NCBI GenBank assembly: GCA_010909165.1
Contig: VJWM01000204.1
Coordinates: forward strand, 248,001-312,000
Source: Anthoceros angustus
Taxonomy: Eukaryota; Plantae; Anthocerotophyta
Direction of reading: 5' to 3'
DNA length: 64,000 bases
Part shown: in pieces, positions 38,374-50,300 of the stretch
How the letters are laid out: each line of letters begins with the position of its first letter
Position numbering within the stretch: position 1 is the first letter of the stretch
Translations under genes and position numbers: made by a program
Notes under the pieces: generated by a model
The model's database searches: none
What the model was told of the DNA's origin: nothing
The model's input: the letters and a program-made list of their open reading frames with translations, nothing else

Positions 38374-39054
38374 ATGGCCTCTTTAGCCAAGACAACCCAG
38401 TTTGTGGGTGCTGTGACTGCGATCGCAGGGCTGTTGCTTGCGATTGCGGTCACTGCCAGCGATTCCGACCCTCTCCAGGACTTCTGCGTGGCCGATTTGT
38501 CCAAGGAGCGACCATCAACGGCTACCCCTGCAGGCCGGCCGACAGCGTGACAGCAGAAGATTTCGCCTTCGCTAAACTGGGCAACCGGCCGACCTCACGA
38601 GCAACCCATTGAACGCCACCGCCACTCCCGGCTTCGTGAGCGACTGGCCTGCTCTCAACACGCTGGGTCTGTCGCTGGCGCGCCTGGACCTGGCGCCGGG
38701 CGGTGTCGTTATGCCCCACACCCACAACCTGGCCACCGAGATTCTTTTCTGCCTCGAAGGGAGATTTACACCGGCTTCGTCTCCAATAGCAACAAGCTGT
38801 ACGCCAAGGTGGTGAAGAAGGGCGAGGCCTTCATCTTCCCCAGAGGCTTGCTCCACTTCCAGCTCAATGTGGGCACAACGCACGCCGCCAGCCTCAATGT
38901 GCTCAACAGCCAGAACCCGGGCCTCCAGCTCATGCCACTCTCGCTGTTCGGGTCAGGAATCAAGACGGAGCTGCTGGCCAAGTCTTTCTCCATCAGCGGA
39001 AAGGAGGTGGAGCAATTGCACTCCATCTTCGCCCAATTTGTGGATTCCTCCTAA
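38374..39054 (+). pseudogene. Germin-like protein copy 5 (subtype A, alternative N-terminus MASLAKTTQF)
   Basis: Germin boxes; -1 shifts at ~38505, 38585 and 38760. The ~38585 loss is not in a homopolymer and is shared with copy 9. Confidence 0.75.
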
Positions 39055-40310
39055 CTTTACCGCACATCGTTTCGGAAACTGTCCAGGGTAGACCCTGCAG
39101 GCTTAGGGCCTGCCGAAATTCATAGCTATGTACCGAGTTGCTGGCTTCAGAATACCTGTAGTACCCTGAGAAATGTAATGTTGACTGGCCGCATGCCATC
39201 GGCTCCGAAGCAATTTACAGACCACTGCACTACTCTCTCCTTGACAGCTGTAACCAGCAATCAGTGCACGCCAGGTGACGACATCTGTTTGAGGCAACGC
39301 ATCAAGCACCGGCTGTGCATGAACCATGCTCCCACAGTTCTCGTACATGATGTCAATGTCATCATGAATGCTCAGTATACATAGCTATGTACTGCCAGTT
39401 TCTGGTTTCAGAAACTTGTGTCGAATAAACTGACCTGGGCAGATACTTGTTTCACCCTTCAAGAAAAATGTTCGACAACTTCAAGAATGCGTACTACACA
39501 TGAGATTCTCACCATCAGAGCAACAAAATGTGCGTGGCTTACAGTCATCAGGTGAAATAACGCAAGGGACTTGCAGCATCTCGTGAAGGTTAGGTAGCTG
39601 GAGATTCAATCAAGAACACGCGTGGATCTTTTGTTCCATTAGTACATCATAATTACTTACATGCATGGATATTTGAATTGCCTGCAGTCGACCAAACTGA
39701 GAGCTGTGCAATCTTCCGAGACCAGGTGTGAGCAGGTTATGGTGCTCTTATTCCGGACTCGGTCCTGTCTCGCAAGGCATGGAGGAAGCACCTGGTCTCC
39801 ACTGCTGCTCCGGTGCCGGCTGGAGCATGTCGCATCATATATGTATGTATGTCGCATCCATATGTATGGATGCAGTCTGCGAAGTGGGGCCTGTTGTGTG
39901 GCACTGCACCATGTGTAGTTGGAGTGGCCAGGAGCTGTGTCCTTGTTGGCAGGCCTGGTCAAGTGGTTGGCAACTTAGCTTAATTTCTGCAAAAGGGACC
40001 GTAAAGAGCAATAATGGACACGATTTGCTGTCCAGGGAAGGACACAGATCTCTACTTGTAGGAAGACGTCGAAAGATGGAACATAGAAAAGAGATAATGA
40101 AAGAGAGATTCCGAATGCTGACGTCAACCGTGGTCAGCGATGGTGATGAGCTAGGAACTTAGGAAGGTGAGAAGTGAGCTGCAGGAGTTGAACTGGAGCC
40201 CCTGGGATACTTAAGCTGCAGCTCCGGGTAGTTGGTCTGCATTCGAGGGATGAATTGGGCTGCTGCCGAGGGATAACTGAGCTGGTTTGTGTCACGAGAA
40301 GGTCTGCAAC

Positions 40311-41397
40311 ATGGAAGTCGACAATGCAGGAGGACTGATCAAACCGGGATCTGGGTGGCGTTTTTGAGTGCCCTGTTGCTTCTCTTCTGCACCATCCTGT
40401 GGGTTGTCGTGCAAAGGCGGCGGCAGGATGGATCGATGCCATCAGGTCCCAAGTGTTGGCCCATTTTGGCTCAATGTTTGAGATGTACTACAACTTTGAG
40501 AGGATGTATGACTGGGTTACAGACTACATGGTCACCGGAACTAGCCTCACCTTCTCAGCCCGCGTGGAGGCCAGACCTACCTGTTTACAGCTGATCCCGC
40601 CGTCTGTGAGCATATTCTCAAGACCAACTTCCCCAACTACCCCAAGCTACACACCACCTGCCAGCAACAGCTGTGAGGGACTACTCAACATGTATGTGCG
40701 TTACGTTGTATAGGCAATGAAAACATCATATGGGCAGGGGCACTACTACAATGCAAGGGCCTTCCCGGGAAGCCTTCCACACGATGATGGAACCTTTGCC
40801 GGGAGATGGCATCTTCAATACGGATGGGGAGATGTGGAAGAAGCAACGGAAGACAGCCAGCTTCGAGTTTTCATCCAAGGTCCTTCGTGATTTCAGCTCA
40901 GTTGTGCACCGAAGCGATGCGCTCGCTCTTGCCTCTTTGGTCACCTGCGCTTGCTTCGACCACAAATCTCTCGAGATGCAGGGGACCCACATGCTCACCG
41001 ATTGTCTGCACTGAAAGGGATTTTGCCGTTTGGCTGAGTCAGGGTTCAACCTTCAGGTTTTGACTTCATTGTGTCCAGGACCTAAGGTTCTTGCGCCTGA
41101 CCCTGGCTGACCCTGGATTCCATCTGTAAAGTTGCCTTTGGGGTGGATGTGGGAAGCCTGTCACCTCATTTGCCGGATGTCCCCTTTGCTCGGGCATTTG
41201 AACAAGCGAGCGGAAATTGCAGCGATCGATTCGTGGACCCACTGTGGAAACTGAAACGCAGATTACATCTCGGTGAAGAATCTACCTTGCCCAAAAGCCG
41301 CTCGTACCTGGATGCTTTCACCTATCGAGTTATCCCTGTCCGAAGAGGGAAACTGGAAGCTGTTGCACACTCAAACCTGACGCAAGATGAGAAACCG
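40311..41397 (+). pseudogene. Truncated CYP704B-like pseudogene (exons 1-3 only)
   Basis: Donor 1 GT>CT (CCCAAGCTAC), donor 2 GT>GG, small insertions, and a break at ~41470 before the heme-binding half. Confidence 0.88.
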
Positions 41398-42123
41398 GTG
41401 AGGCTACTCTATCCCCAACCGTTTGCTCATTGCTTTCATCTTCCTGTCTTCTAAGTTTGGATGTTTACAAGTCGGTTTTGGGGGAATGGGTTGTGAGAGA
41501 AGCTTCCTCCAAAGCCAAAGCGTCCCACTTTTGAAGAGCAAGCTGCAGCAAAGATGTAGCAAGCTCAATGGCTAGCTAGGTAGCTCACTTTTGTCTTCAA
41601 ACGTAAGTTCAACTAGAGAGCTGTTTGCGTTATCTCAACTTCTGTGTACAACCATGTCTTTGGTGTACCGTCTTTCTGTAATGATTTCTGAGAGATCTGG
41701 AAGCGTAAAGGAATGAATCAAACACCAGGTTGTAGGTCACCATGACCCATCTGCACAGCTGTGCTTCTCAAGATCGTCCTCTGGAATAGCGTTATTCCAC
41801 CAGATGACTGTTAGCCATACACATTTTGTTGCCCTGATGGTGAGAAACGAATCTAGTCCTCGAATTCCAGTCACATGTGTGAAACGCATTCCAGTCGTCC
41901 AACATTACTTGAAAGGTGAAACACGCATCAGCCCAGATCGATGTGGTACCCAGTCTATTCACAAGTTTCTGAAGCCAGAAACTGCCAGTACATAGCTATG
42001 TAAATTCATCGTCGACGACATGGACATAATGTATGAGTACTCCAGGACGATGGACTAGCAGTACTGGCAGGCCCTAAGCCTGCAGGGACTACTGGACAGT
42101 TTTAGAAACGATGTGCGGTAAAG

Positions 42124-42805
42124 CTAGGAGGAATCCACAAACTGGGCGAAGATGGAGTGCAATTGCTCCACCTCCTTTCCGCTGATGAAGAAGGACTTGG
42201 CCAGCAGCTCTGTTTTGATTCCTGACCCGAACAGCGCGAGTGGCATGAGCTGGATGCCCGGGTTCTGGCCGTTGAGCACATTGAGGCTGGCGGCGTGCGT
42301 CTTGCCCACATTGAGCTGGAAGTGGAGCAAGCCTCTGGGGAAGATGAAGGCCTCGCCCCTCTTCACCACCTTGGCGTACAGCTTGTTGCTGTTGGTGACG
42401 AAGCCGGTGTAGATCTCCCTTCGAGGCAGAAAAGAATCTCGGTGGCCAGGTTGTGGGTGTGGGGCATAATGACACCACCCGGCGCCAGGTCCAGGCGCGC
42501 CAGCGACAGGCCCAGCGTGTTGAGAGCAGGCCAGTCGCCCACGAAGCCGAAAGTGGCGGTGCCGTTCAATGGGTTGCCCGTGAGGTCGGCCTGCTTGCCC
42601 AGGTTAGCGAAGGCGAAATCTTCTGCTGTCACGTTGTCGGCCGGCCTGCAGGGGTAGCCGTTGATGGTCGCTCCCTTGGACAAATCGGCCACGCAGAAGT
42701 CCTGCAGGGGTCAGGGTCGCTGGCACTGACTGCAATGGCAAGCACCAGCCCTGCGATCGCAGCCACAGCACCCACAAACTGGATTGTCTTGGGTAAAGCG
42801 GCCAT
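42124..42805 (-). CDS. Germin-like protein copy 6 (subtype B, N-terminus MAALPKTIQF); two -1 shifts in homopolymers
   Basis: ORFs 42629..42913, 42363..42692 and 42124..42369. Confidence 0.75.
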
Positions 42806-44115
42806 CGTGAAGGTGGACTGCAGCAGTGCAGAGACCTTGAGTTGCAAGTTGCTCCGATTCTTGAGAAGGATATTGGGACAAGCGCAATTCGCAAGCTGGG
42901 ATACCTGAATCAACGGCAGGAGGAGACGGACGAAAACAGACGAGGAGGGCGTTGCCCTTTATGGACTTGCTACCGCAGAGCAAAGCTTGAGGTGCAAGCG
43001 ATGTACGAGGAGAAAAATTCCTCGTAACGCGGTGAGCAGGTCTGAGGTGATGCCGTACGACACTGGAGATGTCTAGACTGCAGCTGCCCAGCAAGCGTAA
43101 ACGTGGAGCATACACGGGAAGTAAAGCCCTGCTCACTTGGAACCGGGAATCATCAAGGATACTATTGCAGATGCGGGCCGGCTGCAAAAACCGAGGGCCC
43201 TGCAGATTCTGAGAGCCCAGAGGAAGACGGTCGTTGGAAGTTGAAGAAGAAAATGCCTAGAAGCTGTGTGCTAAACTTCCTGCCTGCTGGAGCTGCTTAT
43301 CTCGAGACTCGACTCGAAACAACAGTTTATTCCAGCGTGAAACTTTAAATCTAAGTTAAATCTAGAATTTCATACTTTCTCATGCTAACTGATTCCATAA
43401 TGTCTTGCTTGGGACCATGAATCCTGCTCTTCATGTCCACATGCTCCGTTGTTTTGATTTTTTTTTTTTAATTTGGTATTTTGAAAATAAATCAAAACAA
43501 CCCCGGGAGAAATCTTCAAGGGTTCGATTCCCCTATGTTACACATCAGATCATCCCAACAGAAGAGACTTTACTCTTCCCGAGGTCATTTGAGTCGTGCC
43601 TAGATACCATCGCAGGTTATGTGGGACTTGGGAAGAACTCCTCACCCACTAAAACTCCCACCTTTACCTTTGCCCGAGAATAAGGGCTGCCATACATTCT
43701 GCATCGGCTCCAATATGGTAATTCCCTTCGCCTTGTATGGCGCTGAAATTTGGGGCTGGATCTTCCTTCTTCTTGGGCGAAGGTGGAAAGGGTTCAATCT
43801 TCCTTTCCCGCTCACATTGCTTGTAAGCGCCGACTCCATTACCCATCCTCCTCGAATTCCAGTCACATGTGTGAAACGCATTCCAGTCGTCCAACATTAC
43901 TTGAAAGGTGAAACACGCATCAGCCCAGATCGATGTGGTACCCAGTCTATTCACAAGTTTCTGAAGCCAGAAACTGCCAGTACATAGCTATGTAAATTCA
44001 TCGTCGACGACATGGACATAATGTATGAGTACTCCAGGACGATGGACTAGCAGTACTGGCAGGCCCTAAGCCTGCAGGGACTACTGGACAGTTTTAGAAA
44101 CGATGTGCGGTAAAG

Positions 44116-44781
44116 CTAGGAGGAATCCACAAACTGGGCGAAGATGGAGTGCAATTGCTCCACCTCCTTTCCGCTGATGAAGAAGGACTTGGCCAGCAGC
44201 TCTGTTTTGATTCCTGACCCGAACAGCGCGAGTGGCATGAGCTGGATGCCCGGGTTCTGGCCGTTGAGCACATTGAGGCTGGCGGCGTGCGTCTTGCCCA
44301 CATTGAGCTGGAAGTGGAGCAAGCCTCTGGGGAAGATGAAGGCCTCGCCCCTCTTCACCACCTTGGCGTACAGCTTGTTGCGACCGGTGTAGATCTCCCT
44401 TCGAGGCAGAAAAGAATCTCGGTGGCCAGGTTGTGGGTGTGGGGCATAATGACACCCGGCGCCAGGTCCAGGCGCGCCAGCGACAGGCCCAGCGTGTTGA
44501 GAGCAGGCCAGTCGCCCACGAAGCCGAAAGTGGCGGTGCCGTTCAATGGGTTGCCCGTGAGGTCGGCCTGCTTGCCCAGGTTAGCGAAGGCGAAATCTTC
44601 TGCTGTCACGTTGTCGGCCGGCCTGCAGGGGTAGCCGTTGATGGTCGCTCCCTTGGACAAATCGGCCACGCAGAAGTCCTGCAGGGGTCGGGTCGCTGGC
44701 ACTGACTGCAATGGCAAGCACCAGCCCTGCGATCGCAGCCACAGCACCCACAAACTGGATTGTCTTGGGTAAAGCGGCCAT
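44116..44781 (-). pseudogene. Germin-like protein copy 7 (subtype B) with deletions
   Basis: About 12 bp missing at ~44381, 3 bp missing at ~44455, plus frameshifts. Confidence 0.75.
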
Positions 44782-46103
44782 CGTGAAGGTGGACTGCAGC
44801 AGTGCAGAGACCTTGAGTTGCAAGTTGCTCCGATTCTTGAGAAGGATATTGGGACAAGCGCAATTCGCAAGCTGGGATACCTGAATCAACGGCAGGAGGA
44901 GACGGACGAAAACAGACGAGGAGGGCGTTGCCCTTTATGGACTTGCTACCGCAGAGCAAAGCTTGAGGTGCAAGCGATGTACGAGGAGAAAAATTCCTCG
45001 TAACGCGGTGAGCAGGTCTGAGGTGATGCCGTACGACACTGGAGATGTCTAGACTGCAGCTGCCCAGCAAGCGTAAACGTGGAGCATACACGGGAAGTAA
45101 AGCCCTGCTCACTTGGAACCGGGAATCATCAAGGATACTATTGCAGATGCGGGCTGGCTGCAAAACCGAGGGCCCTGCAGATTCTGAGAGCCCAGAGGAA
45201 GACGGTCGTTGGAAGTTGAAGAAGAAAATGCCTAGAAGCTGTGTGCTAAACTTCCTGCCTGCTGGAGCTGCTTATCTCGAGACTCGACTCCCGAAACAAC
45301 AGTTTATTCCAGCGTGAAACTTTAAATCTAAGTTAAATCTAGAATTTCATACTTTCTCATGCTAACTGATTCCATAATGTCTTGCTTGGGACCATGAATC
45401 CTGCTCTTCATGTCCACATGCTCTCCGCGTTGTTTTGATTTTTTTTTTTTTAATTTGGTATTTTGAAAATAAATCAAAACAACCCCGGGGGAGAAATCTT
45501 CAAGGGTTCGATTCCCCTATGTTACACATCAGATCATCCCAACAGAAGAGACTTTACTCTTCCCGAGGTCATTTGAGTCGTGCCTAGATACCATCGCAGG
45601 TTATGTGGGACTTGGGAAGAACTCCCTCACCCACTAAAACTCCCCACCTTTACCTTTGCCCGAGAATAAGGGCTGCCATACATTGCTGCATCGGCTCCAA
45701 TATGGTAATTCCCTTCGCCTTGTATGGCGCTGAAATTTGGGGCCTGGATCTTTCCCCTTCTTCTTGGGCGAAGGTGGAAAGGGTTCAATCTTCCTTTCCC
45801 CGCGCTCACATTGCTTGTAAGCGCTCGACTCCATTACCCATCCTCCTTTCTGAATTTGCAGCCTTTCCCCTCGAACTTGATGGCCTTTTTCGTCTCTCAT
45901 CCTTTCTTTACCGCCTCCACCTCCTTGATATTGCTAATCCCATTTTAGATCCCCTTTACCTCCTCCTTGCCTTTAGGTCCTCCCGCTTCCGCTCAATCAC
46001 CCACAAGCTTCTTTTTGCTGGCTTTCTCAAGCTGCCAACTGGCTTAGAAGATTCGAGTTTGAACCTTTTCGACTCCCTGCTTGGCCCTCTCCCTCCTCCC
46101 AAC

Positions 46104-46285
46104 TGTTAGTAAATAGGGTTTTTACCCCGCCCTTGGGTTAAATAATTTAGGGTAATATACCTTTTCGTAACTTAGGGTTACACAGATAATTTTGTATATA
46201 AACACACATTGCCTTTGATTTAATTCATTCATCATTTGTGCACTTGTATGTTCTGAGTAGAATAGCTTCCGCTTATTTATTTACA
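46104..46285 (+). repeat. 5' LTR (182 bp)
   Basis: One mismatch to the 3' LTR (ACACACATT vs ACACAAATT). Confidence 0.97.
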
Positions 46286-46499
46286 TGGTATCAGAGCTAA
46301 ATACAATCTAATGCTGCAATGCTGAGCCTCTAGATCGCATTATGCACATAAGATAGCACACTTTGTTTTAGAATAGGCTACGTTGTGTGCATGATGGATT
46401 GTAGGCCCTGCATGCGTGTCACTAGGTTATTTGATTCTGGAGAATGCCTGAGCTTCTAACAAATGATGCTATTAAAAGACGTTAGGAAATCTTGTCGAT

Positions 46500-47111
46500 A
46501 TGACTCGTAGGAATTTCAACCGTCTCCACTGGGCTGTTGAGCATTTCTGCAACCACAGAGCTAGGCATCAATCACCTAGCAGAATTTCAGATAGCTATCC
46601 TGAAGAGACGTCTAACCCATTCTCTACCAGGTTACAAAGGCTAGCTGAGTTGATCTTTGAGTCACAGTGTGATTCTCCTCTTAACAGAAGTCGTCGTCGG
46701 GCTGAGGAGAGAAGGACCACGGCTGCACATTGACAAGAGGCCCAAGTGTTAGAAGGAGATCGTGAAGCTAGGCTATCTCTTTCCAGCCTACGTGCAGAAT
46801 TTGCAGCCAGATTCGCAATCCAAGAGGCAGCGATTTCAGAATTGCAATCCAGCATCACGACAGTTGGAGCCTTGGCTTCAGCGATCTTGCATTCTGTCCA
46901 ACGTGCTGACAATCACGTGATTGGAGCACACGATTGCTTGGTAGATGTTGGAGGGGCAGTCATCCGTCTTGCTGCTCATCAAGGGTTGACATTGGATACC
47001 TGGCCTGCTACTTTCAGAGGATTGGATTCTCGAGTCCGCATCACCGGATGTTCGGTGAGCTTGAGATTATTCGTACCGCCGCGCGCAAGGGAGGCATCTG
47101 AGGCGGCTTGA
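46500..47111 (+). pseudogene. Extra upstream ORF of the copia element, ~203 codons with one internal TGA; coiled-coil-like
   Basis: ORFs 46500..46733 and 46746..47111 are in the same frame, separated only by TGA at 46731 and four sense codons. Confidence 0.5.
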
Positions 47112-47366
47112 TTTTCACGGGATTCAGACCTGGTGGGCGCTCCATCGCAGGTGCATCGCGTCAGGCAGCACCTGGCAACGGAGGTCTGCAGGCTGATCCC
47201 AATCGTCATGACCACCAGACTTGACGGTTGGTACACCTAGACACCTGTCACCAAATGTTGCATGTGAGGAGGCATCTTGCCCTAACTATAGCGTTTCATA
47301 TCATTTAATTTAGAGAACGGGTGTCACCCTAATGAAACGTTACTTGAGCATTTTCCTTACCTCTTC

Positions 47367-50300
47367 ATGCCTTTTTGGGATGATTCTGATAGCGATGTTG
47401 ATGAGTCTTCAGATGTAGAGGAGGACTTCTTGCAGTCCCTTGCATCCCACTTTCCATCCTTTGTTTTGCCTGCATTTCTACAGAATCAACCCCCACCAGT
47501 CCTACAGTCAGTAGCTTCGTTAACCATGGGAACTATTGTAGCTGGGTCTACTTACTCTGGTGAATTCAAAGAAAAGGATAGATTTGACGGGAAGCCTGCT
47601 AGATTCGAGAGCTGGAAGGCTCGAATGAAAGCAAACTTAAACGCCCGCGACGTTTGGGAGTTTGTAGATGGCACAATCCCCAATCCCTTTACTGTCCCGT
47701 CCATTGCACTTCAACAACCCACAGCTGATGACAAAGCCAAGTGGACAAAAGGAAACAAGGTGGCATTTGCTATCATCCTTAGTGGTCTAGACGAGGCAAC
47801 TGTTACAGAAGTGGATTTTCTAGAGACAGCAGCAGCTGTCTGGAACCAGTTAGTGGATACTTACCAAGTTAAGAATGTTTGTACCTTGATTCATGTTCGA
47901 GAACAATTTCATAGTCTAAGGATGAAGGAAGGGGATCCTGTTGGGGCCTATGTCACAAAGTTGAGGTACCTCCGGGCACAGCTGTCCGTGATGGGAGCCA
48001 AGACGACTGATGTGGAAATGGTTGCTCAACTGCTGACCGGCTTGCCTCCCTCCTACCAGACTTTTATCTCCGGCCAAAATGCTTCTTTGCGGGCTGCCTA
48101 TCAAGCAGCAGCAAGTGGACAGCCTACTAACTTGGACTTGAATGAGGTCATAGGCGCGCTTCTGCAAGAGGAGCAAAGCCGACATAAATTTGGTGGCAAT
48201 CGAATGCGTGGTGAAAAGGTTCTCTTTGCTGCAAAAGGCAAAGGACCTTGGAAGGGGAAAGGAAAGAAGGGGAACTCACCTCAGAATCAGCAATCCTCGA
48301 CATCTGCCACTGCCACACCAAAAAGACAGGGTAATTGTAACTGGTGCCAAGTCCCAGGTCACTGGGAACGTGACTGTCGCAAAAAGAAAGCTGGTGAAGC
48401 CAAGAAGGATAGCAAACCTGAGGCACATGTCACTTCTAATGAGAAGACAACCCAGCAAAAACACAAGAGCAGCAGTTCTGTGCTAACAGTTTGCTTGACT
48501 TCTTACAGGGAAAATCCATCTTCTTGGTTTGTTGATTCAGGTGCCACAGCGCACGTTTGCAACAACCGTCAGCTCTTCTCCACCTTTCATAAACTGAGGT
48601 CACCCCAATCTGTCTTTGTTGGTGACTCTAGAGGGGTAGAAGTCAAGGGCTGTGGAAGGGTAGTGATACCTTTGCTTGGCGGGGCGTCCTTGCATTTAGA
48701 AGATGTGCTATTTGTACCTGACATGAGCAAGAACCTGTTGAGTATTAGGGCTGTTGCACAAAGTCAAAGGTATGGTTTCCGTTTTGAGGACAGCAAGTGC
48801 TACATTTATGAGCTAGATCGTCCTCATGACTATGTTGCCAAGGCCATACTTGTGAATGACCTGTATCAGCTTGTTACAGTCTCTAAGTCGAAGGCCAGGG
48901 CTCTAGTAGTTGCGTCTCATGCACTAGCTATTGTTTGGCACGCTAGATTAGGACATGTTAACAAGTTTAAGCTGAATGTCATGGCTAATTCAGATTTGTA
49001 TAGGGAAAAATTACCTTCATGTTCCAAGCTTCTAGAGGCCTGCAGCTCTTGCATTCTGTCCAAGCAGAAAGAGTTGCCCTTCAAAAATAGAGCACCAAAT
49101 CGTGCTAAGGCCTTACTTGAACTCATCCATGCTGATATCGCTGGGAAGATCCAAGTCAAGTCGTTAGGTGGAGCAGAATACTACCTGACTTTGACAGATG
49201 ATTTCTCAAGGTATACGTGGACTTTCCCTCTCAAATACAAGAGTGATGCATATGAGCAGATTGCTGCCTGGATCCCTATGGTTCAACGTCAGACGGGTCA
49301 CCTGGTCAAGTGCTTCAGGACTGATAACGGCGGAGAGTTCACTGGTAACAATTTTAATGAGATGTTCAAACAGTATGGAATAATCCGCCAACTTTCAGTC
49401 CCCTACACGCAGCAGCAAAACGGGGTGGCTGAACGTAAGAACCAGACCATCATGGGTATGACCAGGAGCATGCTGTCCTATTCAGGTTTACCAAAAACAT
49501 ATTGGGCAGAGGCTGCTGTCACTGCAACTTATTTGTTGAATCGAGTGGTGACGACAACTCTGCCAGGGAAAACTCCTTATGAGGCCTTTTGGGGACGAAA
49601 GCCTAGTCTTCTGCACTTGAAGGTGTTTGGATCTCTTGCTTTTGCGTTCATACCTGAAGCAAAGAGGAAGAAGTTAGATAATCGCTCTAGACAGCTGGTG
49701 TTTGTTGGATACTCAGAAGAGTCTAAGGCGTACAAGCTTTATGATCCAGTTACCTCCAAGATAACATTATCACGTACTGCTGTATTCAAGGAGCTCACCT
49801 TCCCACATTCAGAAAAGGATATGACGGGCAATGCTGACAGTTCTTCCAGTGACAGCAGTTTGGTTGACCCCAGTTCTCTAGAGGTACCTGTTTCATATCC
49901 TCAGTCAGATGGTGAGGCACCGGATGCTGGTGATTCTGTAGCTGTGGATGAGATTCTTAATCCTCCAGACCCCCAGCATCCCAATCTGCAGGCAACAGCA
50001 CATGATCATTTTGCTGCTGATGCAGCACCTCTAGGACATGATGATCATAATTCAGACCATGATGCTGAAAGGGCTTACCCTGGATCAGATGTGGACAGTC
50101 ACATCTTTGAGGATGCTGCAAGCATGGACAGTGACAGTGCTCATGAGTCTGCTGGTTCCGCTGATTTGCATCCAGAATCAGCTCATCCTGACGAAGAGGG
50201 AGCACCTCCTGCCCCTGCAGTGGGGGATACATCCCCTAGATATCCTGTTCGTGAAAGACGAGCACGGGCAGATTGGCAGGAACCTCCCTATCAGTCAATT

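Larger units (their letters stand above)
38047..42790. repeat. Left arm of a large inverted duplication (partner ~59285-64000+)
   Basis: 63961-64000 is the reverse complement of 38047-38086; the GLP5-CYP-GLP6 order is mirrored by GLP8-CYP-GLP9. Confidence 0.92.
41856..45846. repeat. ~1.99-kb tandem duplication carrying GLP6 and GLP7
   Basis: CCTCGAATTCCAGTCACATGTGTG starts both units (~41858 and ~43850); TCCT microhomology at the junction. Confidence 0.9.

Noticed and set aside
38750-38770. Programmed ribosomal frameshifting in the GLP genes
   Set aside because: There is no canonical slippery heptamer, two copies have the in-frame sequence, and similar single-base losses occur throughout the window.
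45500-45520. tRNA or SINE suggested by the B-box-like GGGTTCGATTCCC
   Set aside because: No convincing A box or cloverleaf upstream.
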